Assembly: GCF_022842015.1 (NCBI RefSeq)
Contig: NZ_JALHQJ010000003.1
Location: 4,557-68,556 of the forward strand
Length of the DNA: 64,000 nucleotides
Direction of reading: 5' to 3'
Origin: Nitrosomonas sp.
GTDB taxonomy: Bacteria > Pseudomonadota > Gammaproteobacteria > Burkholderiales > Nitrosomonadaceae
Shown: one piece after another, positions 20,135 through 29,082 of the stretch
Numbering within the stretch: the stretch's first letter is position 1
Layout of the letters: the number at the start of each line of letters is the position of its first letter
Position numbers and translations under genes: made by a program
The notes under the pieces: generated by a model
The model's database searches: none
What the model was told of the DNA's origin: nothing
Seen by the model: only the letters and a program-made list of their open reading frames with translations

Positions 20135-21643
20135 TTATTTAATACCTAGCTCCTTCAAGTATTCAGACATCTGCTTTTCTAGTTTTTGCAGCTCCGGCTC
20201 AAGTTCAGCAAGTTCCTTAAGATTCGCACTGATATCGACTGGCGTTTCCTCTTCAAAAGTATCAACGTAACGAGTGATATTAAGATTGAAATCATTCTCT
20301 TCTATTTCGGCAAGATCAACCGAGCGAGCAAATTTTTCTACATCCTTACGCTTGGTGTACGTACCGTAAATCTTCTCAATATGCTCATCGGTCAGAACGT
20401 TTTGTGCTTTTGCTGACTTAAACTCCTTGGATGCTTCGATAAAGAAGATATCTTTTTTCTTTTCGTTCGCCCCACCTTTCTCACGTGATCGATCAATGAC
20501 AAGAATTGCCACTGGAATACCTGTTGTTTGAAAAAGCCCTGCGGGTAGGCCAATAACTGCATCAATGATGTTTTCCTTGATCAGATGTTCACGAATCTTG
20601 CCTTCGACTCCACCACGAAAGAGTACGCCATGCGGAACAATGACTGCCACACGTCCAGTTTTTGGCTTTGCTACTTCGATCATGTGCGTAATGAAGGCAA
20701 AGTCGCCTTTGTCCTTTGGTGGAACTCCTCGCCAGAAGCGATTATATGAATCTGATTCAGCATGTTCTGCACCCCACTTTTTAAGCGAGAATGGGGGATT
20801 GGCTACAACAACATCAAAACGCATCAGCTGGTCATTTTCGACGAGAAGGGGATTATTGAGCGTATCGCCCCATTCAAGACGTGCCGAATCTTTTCCGTGA
20901 AGGAACATGTTCATGCGAGCGAGTTGGAAAGTTGAACCTGTTGATTCCTGACCATAGAGGGCGTAATTCTTTGAACCTTTCTTTTCAACTTCTTCACCAG
21001 CCAAAAGAAGGAGGCCGCCCGAGCCACAAGCTGGATCACAGATACGATCACCCTCCTTAGGTTCTGCAAGCATAGCGACCAGCTGAGCCACCGAACGAAC
21101 CGTGAAGAATTCACCTGCTTTTTTACCTGCATCGGCACCAAAGCGTTCAACCATGTACATATATGAGTTGCCGATGATATCGTCGCCCACATCCGAGAGG
21201 TCAATCTTTGCAAAATCCTGAATGAGATGGCGAAGCATCTTGTTACGTTGTGCCAACTTGCCAAGTACCGACTCAGAGTTGAAATCAACACCAAATACAC
21301 CTTCAAGCTTCTCACTGTTTGCATCTTCAATACGGCGCAGCGCTTTATTTATCTCATCTCCAATGTTGTCCTCTTCAATTTTGCTGTAGATATAATCGAA
21401 AGAAGATTTTGGGGGAAGATAAAAGCGATCAAGCTTCATCTTCTCCTCGATTCGTTTTTCATCACTTCCAAAGCGCGCCTTGTATTCATTGTGACGCTTC
21501 TTATTAAGATCACTCAGGTACTTAAAGAAAAGCATGGTGAGTGCATAGTCTTTATATACACCGCCATCAACACTACTTCGTGAGGAATCAGCGGCGGCCC
21601 AAAGAATTTTATTGAGTTCTTCCTGAGTGAATTTTTTAGTCAT
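20135..21643 (-). CDS. hsdM: Type I RM methyltransferase subunit M (m6A)
   Basis: EFFTVRSV, DPACGSGG, ANPPF, PHGVLFRG, NLNITRYV. Confidence 0.95.
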   Translation of the reverse strand: MTKKFTQEELNKILWAAADSSRSSVDGGVYKDYALTMLFFKYLSDLNKKRHNEYKARFGSDEKRIEEKMKLDRFYLPPKSSFDYIYSKIEEDNIGDEINKALRRIEDANSEKLEGVFGVDFNSESVLGKLAQRNKMLRHLIQDFAKIDLSDVGDDIIGNSYMYMVERFGADAGKKAGEFFTVRSVAQLVAMLAEPKEGDRICDPACGSGGLLLLAGEEVEKKGSKNYALYGQESTGSTFQLARMNMFLHGKDSARLEWGDTLNNPLLVENDQLMRFDVVVANPPFSLKKWGAEHAESDSYNRFWRGVPPKDKGDFAFITHMIEVAKPKTGRVAVIVPHGVLFRGGVEGKIREHLIKENIIDAVIGLPAGLFQTTGIPVAILVIDRSREKGGANEKKKDIFFIEASKEFKSAKAQNVLTDEHIEKIYGTYTKRKDVEKFARSVDLAEIEENDFNLNITRYVDTFEEETPVDISANLKELAELEPELQKLEKQMSEYLKELGIK

Positions 21644-22226
21644 GGTGGTTTGTTAAGTTTGTAAATATTGCGTCTAGTATTTGATGCTTGAGCTCGTTTC
21701 TTCGATCTAGTATCTGCTGTTGCATTTGCATATTCTGGTAAAGTTTAACAATTGCTTTTTGTTTTCGTAGGTCGGGTATCGGCATTTTTAGTTGTTCAAG
21801 CAAACGACGGGGAAGTGCACCAATGTATGAACCTGTCACTATCTTTGAAAGCAAATCTTGGCCATTTTTTGAATTCAGATAATGAGTAACATATTCGGGC
21901 AATATGCCAGGAACTGTAATGCGGATAATATGCAACGATGATGATGCAATCACGTTCGATGCATCTGACTTAAATACTGCTGCTCTAAAAGCTCCGGCTC
22001 TCATTCCTCTTGCAATAATAAGTACGTCATTCTTTTTGATACGATTCGGATATCCAGCCGAATCAAAAGCGATTGGAGTGAGGATGCTCGCGTCAGTAAT
22101 AAACGTATTTCGTCCTAGATCCTTTGCTTGAATCACAAGGAGATCACCATTTTTGTCGGCCGTGATTGCACCACGGAAGGTGTATCCAGCGATGATAGTA
22201 GCAACATTATCTAATTTCATTTGCAT
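21636..22226 (-). CDS. Single-TRD HsdS-like protein
   Basis: One TRD-like unit ending LKMPIPDLRKQKAIV; overlaps the hsdM start. Confidence 0.7.
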   Translation of the reverse strand: MQMKLDNVATIIAGYTFRGAITADKNGDLLVIQAKDLGRNTFITDASILTPIAFDSAGYPNRIKKNDVLIIARGMRAGAFRAAVFKSDASNVIASSSLHIIRITVPGILPEYVTHYLNSKNGQDLLSKIVTGSYIGALPRRLLEQLKMPIPDLRKQKAIVKLYQNMQMQQQILDRRNELKHQILDAIFTNLTNHHD

Positions 22227-22380
22227 GAGTATAAGTTACTGCACATTATTTGTAAATATTGACATATTACAAATATAACTACCTGAGTAATATAACATTT
22301 TATTTATTGATATTAATAACTCAAAGTAAAATACGATATAACACCTCTCTACAGGTATGAACTTGGTGCTATAGAGTAAG

Positions 22381-22406
22381 AAAAACCCGGCAAAATTACC
22401 GGGTTT
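22381..22406 (-). terminator. Intrinsic terminator downstream of ardC
   Basis: AAACCCGG-8nt-CCGGGTTT hairpin with a T-run on the minus strand. Confidence 0.55.
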
Positions 22407-22413
22407 AAAAGAA

Positions 22414-23337
22414 CTATAAATTTGCAGTCTTTTCCATACTGCTATCTGTAGCCAAGCTTTCCAGATACAAACTGGCCGCCGAAGCCGCACTTGCTGCCGC
22501 AAAGATCGCTGTTTTGTGTTCTTTGAGCACTTGCAGCCAACTAGCAATGTATGCAGCATGATCTGATCTTGGATAGGTATTTATACCAAGCGTAGCGCAA
22601 AGAAACGAAGCGCCAAGCTCAGCAATCAACTCTTCCATAGCATAAGCACTTGATCCAAATCGTCCCGATAAATCACGTTTAAGTCGTGAAGGATGTCCAG
22701 ACCAGTGAACATGCTCATGGAAAAGCACGGCATAGTAGCCTTCTACCGATGATCCTGATTTAGTATCTCGAAACACTGATTGATTTGGCATATAGATACA
22801 ATCCAAAGCTGGACTGTAATAAGCGGTGTCACTGCCGTGGCGAATTTCACTTTGCAGGGAATTGATAAAACATACTGCCTTAGAGAATTTCTGGTGGTTT
22901 GCATCGTCAGACACTTCATTTGCCATCCAGCCATCAACCTGATCGCCATTAAACACATGAGAATAGCGAATTACGGCTCTCGCTTGATTTTGGGTATCGT
23001 CTTTTTCAACATCTTCATCCTCTTCCTTCCGTTGATAAAAAACGATAGTGGCTCCCTTTTCTCCCTGTCGCACTTGCGCTCCCAATGAATTCCATTGCAA
23101 ATACGAAGCCCAATATGAACTGGCGAATCCGGCTTTTCGCCTTGTAATCCACAGCGCTAACGCATTAATCCCTTGATACAGTTTTTTAGTTGCCGGATTG
23201 CGGGGAAGTCCAGCTTGCGCTTGTCTATGCCAAGGCATCTCGAAATCAGCCGCACCCGCTTCGATGGCACTGATTATTTCATTGGTGATCTGGGTATAGA
23301 TGTCAGCTTTTGAATTACCTAATATTTTCTGATGCAT
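22414..23337 (-). CDS. ardC: ArdC family antirestriction / ssDNA-binding protein
   Basis: MPWH..LPRNPATKKLYQGIN N-domain; zincin-like FHEHVHWSGH, YAMEELIAELG. Confidence 0.88.
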   Translation of the reverse strand: MHQKILGNSKADIYTQITNEIISAIEAGAADFEMPWHRQAQAGLPRNPATKKLYQGINALALWITRRKAGFASSYWASYLQWNSLGAQVRQGEKGATIVFYQRKEEDEDVEKDDTQNQARAVIRYSHVFNGDQVDGWMANEVSDDANHQKFSKAVCFINSLQSEIRHGSDTAYYSPALDCIYMPNQSVFRDTKSGSSVEGYYAVLFHEHVHWSGHPSRLKRDLSGRFGSSAYAMEELIAELGASFLCATLGINTYPRSDHAAYIASWLQVLKEHKTAIFAAASAASAASLYLESLATDSSMEKTANL

Positions 23338-23356
23338 AATGATCTCCTTGTCACGT

Positions 23357-23384
23357 GAGGAACACCGGAAATTCGGTGCTCCTC
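23357..23384. other. Imperfect hairpin immediately upstream of ardC
   Basis: GAGGAACACCG-GAAATT-CGGTGCTCCTC. Confidence 0.4.
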
Positions 23385-23408
23385 GATGACAAGGAAAGTC
23401 ATTAGCTA

Positions 23409-23939
23409 CTAAGAATCAGCGTCAAATGGGCTTGGTATGCCACGGCTACCGTAGAAAACTAATCCTAATGCCGCCGCATCAAATAGGCTTTGGCGTGGAT
23501 CGGCACTCATCCAGGGTTTTCGTACCCGTGGCAACCTATGACTGAAAGCCGGTATTTGCCGTCCAATAGCTTCGGCGATTTGATACTTTGTAACTGCACC
23601 CACAGCGCTGAAATATTGCTTAACTTCGGTATTAGAAAATCGGTGTAGATCAATATGCTCGGTAGCAGCTAAGTGAACTAGCATTTGATAAAGGTTTTTA
23701 ATTCGTGAAGAACGACGATTAACTCGGCTATTAGTATCTTCAAGAACAATCACTACCGGGCTATAGCGATCAATCAACTCTTTGATAGCAATGATTGTTT
23801 TATCATTACGATGTTTTTCTCTGATTTCCTTCACACCCCAGTCAAATGGGCTTTCTATGCCTTCAAACAAAACAAAGGCAAAACCGCGACTAAAAGGATA
23901 GATGGCGAGAACCAAATTCTCTTGACAAACGACACTCAT
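23409..23939 (-). CDS. RNase H-fold / RuvC-like hypothetical protein (176 aa)
   Basis: LAIYPFSRGFAFVLFEG, VIVLED, FDAAALG resemble RuvC motifs; ATG at 23939 overlaps the XRE stop (ATGA). Confidence 0.55.
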   Translation of the reverse strand: MSVVCQENLVLAIYPFSRGFAFVLFEGIESPFDWGVKEIREKHRNDKTIIAIKELIDRYSPVVIVLEDTNSRVNRRSSRIKNLYQMLVHLAATEHIDLHRFSNTEVKQYFSAVGAVTKYQIAEAIGRQIPAFSHRLPRVRKPWMSADPRQSLFDAAALGLVFYGSRGIPSPFDADS

Positions 23940-24307
23940 ACTTCCTTTTGTGAACGCGACGTGGATAAAGCTCGTTTTAGCGCGAAATTGAACAACTCTC
24001 GCTTGCGTAATCCCGTAAGGCTGGTAGTGTTGCTGAGCGCCTGGTCCATTCGATACATATTTCGCATGACCTCTTCCTCGACCAAGGCGTGGGCATCTGG
24101 AAACATGATCGAGGGGGGAACCCCGAAAATGACCTGGCAAGCAAGCGCGACCTCAATCTTGGGGGCGCGTTTGCCGTTTTCATAACGACTAATCTGCACA
24201 CTGCTTGCTGTACCGACCAACTTAGCAAGTTCTTTTTGGGTAAGTCCCCAATTGCGCCTGTGCGTGCGCAGATAGCACAGAACAACTGTGTTTTTCTTTT
24301 TCTCCAT
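23936..24307 (-). CDS. XRE-family HTH regulator
   Basis: LRTHRRNWGLTQKELAKLVG..QISRYENGKRAP. Confidence 0.85.
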   Translation of the reverse strand: MEKKKNTVVLCYLRTHRRNWGLTQKELAKLVGTASSVQISRYENGKRAPKIEVALACQVIFGVPPSIMFPDAHALVEEEVMRNMYRMDQALSNTTSLTGLRKRELFNFALKRALSTSRSQKEV

Positions 24308-24406
24308 TGGATATTGCGCTTCTGGGGTTATTAAGCAGAAGCAATATAATTGTCGCGCTATATCGATTTACGCAGTAGAGGTTAAAATTTTCTGTGGTGG
24401 ATAATC

Positions 24407-24543
24407 GGGTGGACTTGGGGACGTGGGGACGAAGAAAAGGGATACGGTATAGGCCAATATATTGAATTATAATGATATTATAAATAACGGATATCAGTAG
24501 TCTGATACCCGTTATTTACGTCCCCAAGTCCCCAAGTCCACCC
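24407..24543. other. Nested inverted-repeat element, candidate replication origin
   Basis: 25-bp arms 24407-24431 / 24519-24543 (1 mismatch), each with two GGGGAC units 8 bp apart; inner 17-bp hairpin 24481-24518; AT-rich spacer. Confidence 0.6.
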
Positions 24544-24551
24544 CTGCATCA

Positions 24552-25886
24552 TTATTCGTCAACTTCTCGCTCCGTTACCCCGTAACGAATGCATAGCTCA
24601 TCAACTTTTGTCTTCTCCGTTGCCGGGAGAACGTATACACCGTGACTTTTGTATGTCACAAGACGTAATCGTTTGCGAAGGACACCGCCAATTATTCGTG
24701 CAGTAATCGGGCGTTCATATTCAGCGGAGAATCGCTCAGTAAAAATGGTAGTGACTTCGGAGACTGGTATCGAATTTTCTTTGCCTTGCTGATATAAATC
24801 CTTTAATACTTCAAGCACCCCGGCTTCGATGGAAGAAGATCGTTCGGCATAAAGTTTTTGGTCAAAGGATCGCACGGTGACTCTGATTTCTTCCCGGAGT
24901 TTTTCATCTTCAATGATCGATAGCAGTGGAATGAGTATTTGATTGAGTCGCGGTGACAGTGACGGATCAATCAATGATTCATTGATTTTGATGGTGGTTA
25001 GCATGGTGAAACGATACATAAGCAGTTGGTTTCTGAGCGCCACCGCTTCAATTTTTTGAATATCTGGAAGATTAATCGGAATATCTCGCCTCAGGCTACT
25101 TTGTCCCATTTCTTCTGTAAGAAACCGGCTTTCTAGTGCAGGATCATCAAATGACTTTCGCATCGCCACGATCTTGGGGCCATAGACGTTAAAAGCCCGC
25201 GGATCGAATTCTCGTTGAGTGGTGATAGCGGTACGGAGAATCGGAAAACCCCGTACATTGCCGTTGTTAAATATCTTCACCAGCTCATTTTTCTCATCAC
25301 TAAAGCGAAAGTCGGCTTCATCAAAAATCAAGGTTCCTCTGAAAGTATCGAGGGTATGAAAAATCGGTGACACCGTTGACGCTCCACTGGCAAAGAATGC
25401 CTTATTGCACAGTGATCCAATCACAAACAGAGCACGGGTTTTGCCGGAACCAAAATCACCCCGCAAACGTAAATAGGGAAGCTCATTAAAAGCGTCGTAG
25501 ACCCAAGTTAGGAGAATGTAGTAGCTAGCGATCTTGCGAAAATGATCGGATATATCAACATAGCGGTAAATGTATATTTGGACATCGGTTATCAGCTTGG
25601 CCACTGATTGGTAGGATGCCGGTTTCTCGGCAAAAATTAGCGCTCCGTGCTTGATAAGGTTGTTGGAAGCGGGAATCGGCTCCAGTTTTCCTTCTTCTGG
25701 TGTTTTGTAGGAAGCAGCAACGGTAACTTGACCATTTTTTAAATAAGCCAAGGAAGTTTGTTTGGTATTGGCATCGTAAACCGTTTCAATAATGACGCCA
25801 CTTAAGAAGTATTCGGATACTATTTTTCTGGTTTGCTCTACCGGCTTGGGTGTTTTTTGTGTCATTGATACAGAATACCCAGCCAT
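24552..25886 (-). CDS. P-loop NTPase, probable replication helicase (Rep) of the element
   Basis: GDFGSGKT Walker A, TLIFDEAD Walker B, NNGN, ALESRF arginine finger; ori-like IR just downstream. Confidence 0.65.
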   Translation of the reverse strand: MAGYSVSMTQKTPKPVEQTRKIVSEYFLSGVIIETVYDANTKQTSLAYLKNGQVTVAASYKTPEEGKLEPIPASNNLIKHGALIFAEKPASYQSVAKLITDVQIYIYRYVDISDHFRKIASYYILLTWVYDAFNELPYLRLRGDFGSGKTRALFVIGSLCNKAFFASGASTVSPIFHTLDTFRGTLIFDEADFRFSDEKNELVKIFNNGNVRGFPILRTAITTQREFDPRAFNVYGPKIVAMRKSFDDPALESRFLTEEMGQSSLRRDIPINLPDIQKIEAVALRNQLLMYRFTMLTTIKINESLIDPSLSPRLNQILIPLLSIIEDEKLREEIRVTVRSFDQKLYAERSSSIEAGVLEVLKDLYQQGKENSIPVSEVTTIFTERFSAEYERPITARIIGGVLRKRLRLVTYKSHGVYVLPATEKTKVDELCIRYGVTEREVDE

Positions 25887-25972
25887 CCAGCTTTGCTCGA
25901 GGATGGATTGTTTGCGGTAGCGCTATACCTTCAGTACCTACCAAAGCAAATCAATTCTCGCAAACTAGCGGG

Positions 25973-26191
25973 ATGAGAAAAATCAAGGAACCACCAGAAA
26001 TTGCCGATATCGTGCGGTATTTTATGCCGGATGCCAATGATGAAGAATTAAAGGAAGCCACCATTAATTTCCGGGATTATTTGGCTGTGCTTTATCGAAT
26101 ATTCCTGCGCTTGGAAGCCGAGGGGCGTTTGGATGAGATTCGTGACTTTCCTGATAATAATGATAAAGTTAATGAATATAAACCTGATTAA
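25973..26191 (+). CDS. Small helical protein coupled to second recombinase (possible directionality/regulatory factor)
   Basis: 72 aa from ATG 25973; stop 2 bp before the recombinase ATG. Confidence 0.5.
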   Translation: MRKIKEPPEIADIVRYFMPDANDEELKEATINFRDYLAVLYRIFLRLEAEGRLDEIRDFPDNNDKVNEYKPD

Positions 26192-26193
26192 GT

Positions 26194-27747
26194 ATGAATA
26201 ACGTTTATGCCTATATTCGAGTATCAACCATTAAACAGGGTACGCAAGGCTCTTCCTTAGTTGAACAGCGCTTTGCTATCGAAAATTATGCCGAGCGCCA
26301 TAACCTAACGATCAAACAATGGTTTGAGGAAAAGGAAACGGCGGCAAAACGAGGCCGCACTATTTTCACTAAAATGCTAGGGCTTTTGATTAAAGGTAGA
26401 GCGCAAGGGGTAATCATCCACAAGATTGATCGCGGGGCCAGAAACCTCAAAGACTGGGCTGATCTTGGTTCCCTGATCGACAAAGGTATCGAAGTACATT
26501 TCGCACATGAAAGCCTGGATATGCAATCCCGCGGCGGTCGCTTGGCTGCTGATATTCAAGCGGTAGTAGCCGCCGACTTTATCCGCAACCTACGGGATGA
26601 GGTTAAAAAAGGGTTTCGGGGACGATTGCGCCAAGGGCTCTATCCGTTACCTGCGCCACTAGGATATTTAGATCAAGGTCGAGGATTACCAAAACTGCCT
26701 GATCCGGTAATGGCTCCGCTGGTACAACAAGCCTTTAAATTATATGCAACCGGCGAATACAATCTCTATACCCTGGGCAGAGAAATGTATGAAGCTGGTT
26801 TGCGTAATCGTCGTGGCAACCGAGTATCCCGAAGTGGCTTATCAACTATGCTTAACAATGAATTCTATTTCGGTATTATTCATATCGTATCGACAAACGA
26901 ACGCTACCAAGGTATCCATGAACCACTAATCAAAAAATCCCTGTTTGATCAGGTTCAGGATATTTTGCACGGAAGAACCAAGAACACCGGCCTAAAACAC
27001 GAATTCCGCTACCGAAAAACTATCAAATGCTTGCATTGCCACTATAACCTCATTGCTGAACGCCAGAAGGGAAAAGTCTATTACCGTTGCCAAACAAAAG
27101 ATTGCCCACTTACGTGCATCAGAGAAGATACGATTGATCAAGAAATGCAAACCATGCTTGATAGACTTAGCCTTCCGGAAGCGGCTATTAACCGACTAGA
27201 AGCTGAATTTGCTACGCTCCAGGCTGAAAGGTATCAGCATCAAGATGAATTAATACAATCAGCCCAACTAAATCTCGCTAATATTAATGATCGAATCACT
27301 CGTCTCACCGATGCTTATATTGATCGAATGATAGACAAAGAAATGTTTGATAACAGAAACAAAAAGTTACTGCACGAGCGGATAAGCGCCAAAGATACTT
27401 TGGACGAATTACGATCAGCTATGACCGACAATGACTACAAAACTCAATCGTTTCTGAAGTTGGTAAAAGCTATATCTCTGAACAAGACACAAGCCAATGA
27501 AACTGAAAATCGTGATCTACTAAAATCAGTTACCTCGAACCTTGAGATTGATGGAAAAAGGCTTGTCTTTACTTTGCAAAAACCATTTTCTGCTATTGCT
27601 GATTGGGACGAATCTCTTTATGGTGAACCACACCGAGCCACATCTCGAACTTTTGATGTAAAAGCCAGTAAGACTTCAAAGAATTTGTTTAAGTTGATAC
27701 ATGACAAGGAACCACCTGGTGATGAGCTAGGCAAGTTAGCTGCATAA
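26194..27747 (+). CDS. Second large serine recombinase
   Basis: YAYIRVST catalytic Ser, HKIDRGARN, PAPLGY, Zn ribbon CLHC..YYRCQTKDC, coiled coil. Confidence 0.93.
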   Translation: MNNVYAYIRVSTIKQGTQGSSLVEQRFAIENYAERHNLTIKQWFEEKETAAKRGRTIFTKMLGLLIKGRAQGVIIHKIDRGARNLKDWADLGSLIDKGIEVHFAHESLDMQSRGGRLAADIQAVVAADFIRNLRDEVKKGFRGRLRQGLYPLPAPLGYLDQGRGLPKLPDPVMAPLVQQAFKLYATGEYNLYTLGREMYEAGLRNRRGNRVSRSGLSTMLNNEFYFGIIHIVSTNERYQGIHEPLIKKSLFDQVQDILHGRTKNTGLKHEFRYRKTIKCLHCHYNLIAERQKGKVYYRCQTKDCPLTCIREDTIDQEMQTMLDRLSLPEAAINRLEAEFATLQAERYQHQDELIQSAQLNLANINDRITRLTDAYIDRMIDKEMFDNRNKKLLHERISAKDTLDELRSAMTDNDYKTQSFLKLVKAISLNKTQANETENRDLLKSVTSNLEIDGKRLVFTLQKPFSAIADWDESLYGEPHRATSRTFDVKASKTSKNLFKLIHDKEPPGDELGKLAA

Positions 27748-27830
27748 GTTATATTTATGATCTAACTCAATGTTCTCAAAAACATGTTTTGAATAAAAGG
27801 AGGGAGATATTGCAAAATTATGTTATCTAA
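27619..27830 (+). repeat. Copy A of a ~200-bp diverged direct repeat (recombinase-2 3' tail and downstream)
   Basis: Begins TATGGTGA; shares an identical 18-mer CGAGCCACATCTCGAACT (27634-27651) with 29098-29115; similarity continues past the stop; end coordinate approximate. Confidence 0.85.
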
Positions 27831-27987
27831 ACAGTAACTTGCAATTTACAAAACTTGTGGCATAGTGTAGTACTGTTCTTTAATAAAATTTAGTAGATGA
27901 GACGAACAAGCAGAGTGGCAAATATTGATATTCTGCTTGTTCGTCTCATTTTGAGCGGACATAACTTCAACTAATTGGAGGCACACG

Positions 27988-28812
27988 ATGTCAAACATCG
28001 CACACCTTGATACCGCTACTCTTGATACTGTCGCCAAGTTTTTCCGCATCATGCGGAAAGCTGGTGCTGATTTCACGGGTCCTATGCAAGATCTTAACAA
28101 AAGGAAAAACCTAGTAGCCTATTTGGCGCTTGAATGTCCTGAGATCACTGCCGAAGGCACAACAATCGTCACGATTATACCCAAAGGAGCCGAACTAGCA
28201 CGACGGATCTTAGGTGACGATTTCATCGACATCACCGAAGTTTCCTCGGCGTACAACTTTTCGTATTCTGATGAACAGCTAGTGAACTTTTCAAACACCT
28301 TGCCTGACTTCGATACTCTAATATGGCTACGTACTAATGGATACATGCTAGTCGCTGGGCCAAATGTAGATATCAATATGGTTGATATCTACAAAATCAA
28401 CCCCTCGCTGTATTACAGCAAGTTTCCCACTTTCGATTACGGGGAGGTTTGGCAAGAAAATGACAAGGAAAAGTTCCCGCGGTTGGACATGGTCAAGGCA
28501 GGGAAATGGCTTATGCTTCGCAAAGGTGATGTTCCGAATTCTCGGGCTAGTCCATGGTCTAATCAGAGTAAACTAGTCACCAGCCCCGAATACATTCCCA
28601 ATATCGCCAAAGTCATATACGGTGTGACTGTGTATCATAAAATTCGTAGTCATTACCTTCTATCAAACTTTTATGTCCGCACATCTTCATCTAATATGTA
28701 TGGCAATTCTGTAGGTGTCGGTTTTTTTGGTAGACATGGTATATGTATAGATGACAAATCTTTGGAAGATCGAGGCTTTGGCAACTGTGGCGTATCGTCG
28801 ATTCGAGACTGA
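27988..28812 (+). CDS. Hypothetical protein with DGR-variable-region-like C-terminus
   Basis: 274-aa ORF between repeat copies; C-terminus YVRTSS..GNSVGVGFF..GICI..DRGFGNCGVSSIR. Confidence 0.5.
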   Translation: MSNIAHLDTATLDTVAKFFRIMRKAGADFTGPMQDLNKRKNLVAYLALECPEITAEGTTIVTIIPKGAELARRILGDDFIDITEVSSAYNFSYSDEQLVNFSNTLPDFDTLIWLRTNGYMLVAGPNVDINMVDIYKINPSLYYSKFPTFDYGEVWQENDKEKFPRLDMVKAGKWLMLRKGDVPNSRASPWSNQSKLVTSPEYIPNIAKVIYGVTVYHKIRSHYLLSNFYVRTSSSNMYGNSVGVGFFGRHGICIDDKSLEDRGFGNCGVSSIRD

Positions 28813-28881
28813 ACTTTAAGATTATCAAGATTCTTAGATAGTTAAATAGACTAATTTGATCTTCATAAACAAAAAAAACAC

Positions 28882-28916
28882 AGACCCCCAAGTTGAAAAA
28901 CTTGAGGGTCTTTCTT
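28882..28916 (+). terminator. Intrinsic terminator after the 274-aa gene
   Basis: AGACCC-C-CAAGTT-GAAA-AACTTG-A-GGGTCT then TTCTT. Confidence 0.6.
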
Positions 28917-29016
28917 GATTAAGAATACCTAGTAAAGGGCGTTTAATCAGTTCGATTCCCACCAAGGTCTAATCAAAAGATATTCAATTTGGCAAATTTT
29001 CTTCCCAGAGCGTAAA

Positions 29017-29053
29017 ACACAAAATCGCTCTTAAAATAAGAGCGATTTTGTGT
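29017..29053. repeat. Perfect 17-bp inverted repeat
   Basis: ACACAAAATCGCTCTTA-AAA-TAAGAGCGATTTTGTGT. Confidence 0.85.
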
Positions 29054-29082
29054 CAAGGTAGGGAAACTTACCAAATGAAAGA

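Noticed and set aside
23940-24140. N-terminal 67-aa extension of the 243-aa ORF in the track
   Set aside because: It overlaps the XRE gene in another frame; ATG at 23939 gives clean ATGA coupling.
28945-28970. GTTCGATTCCCACCA, resembling a tRNA T-loop or att remnant
   Set aside because: The flanks do not pair into a T-stem and no other tRNA arms are present.
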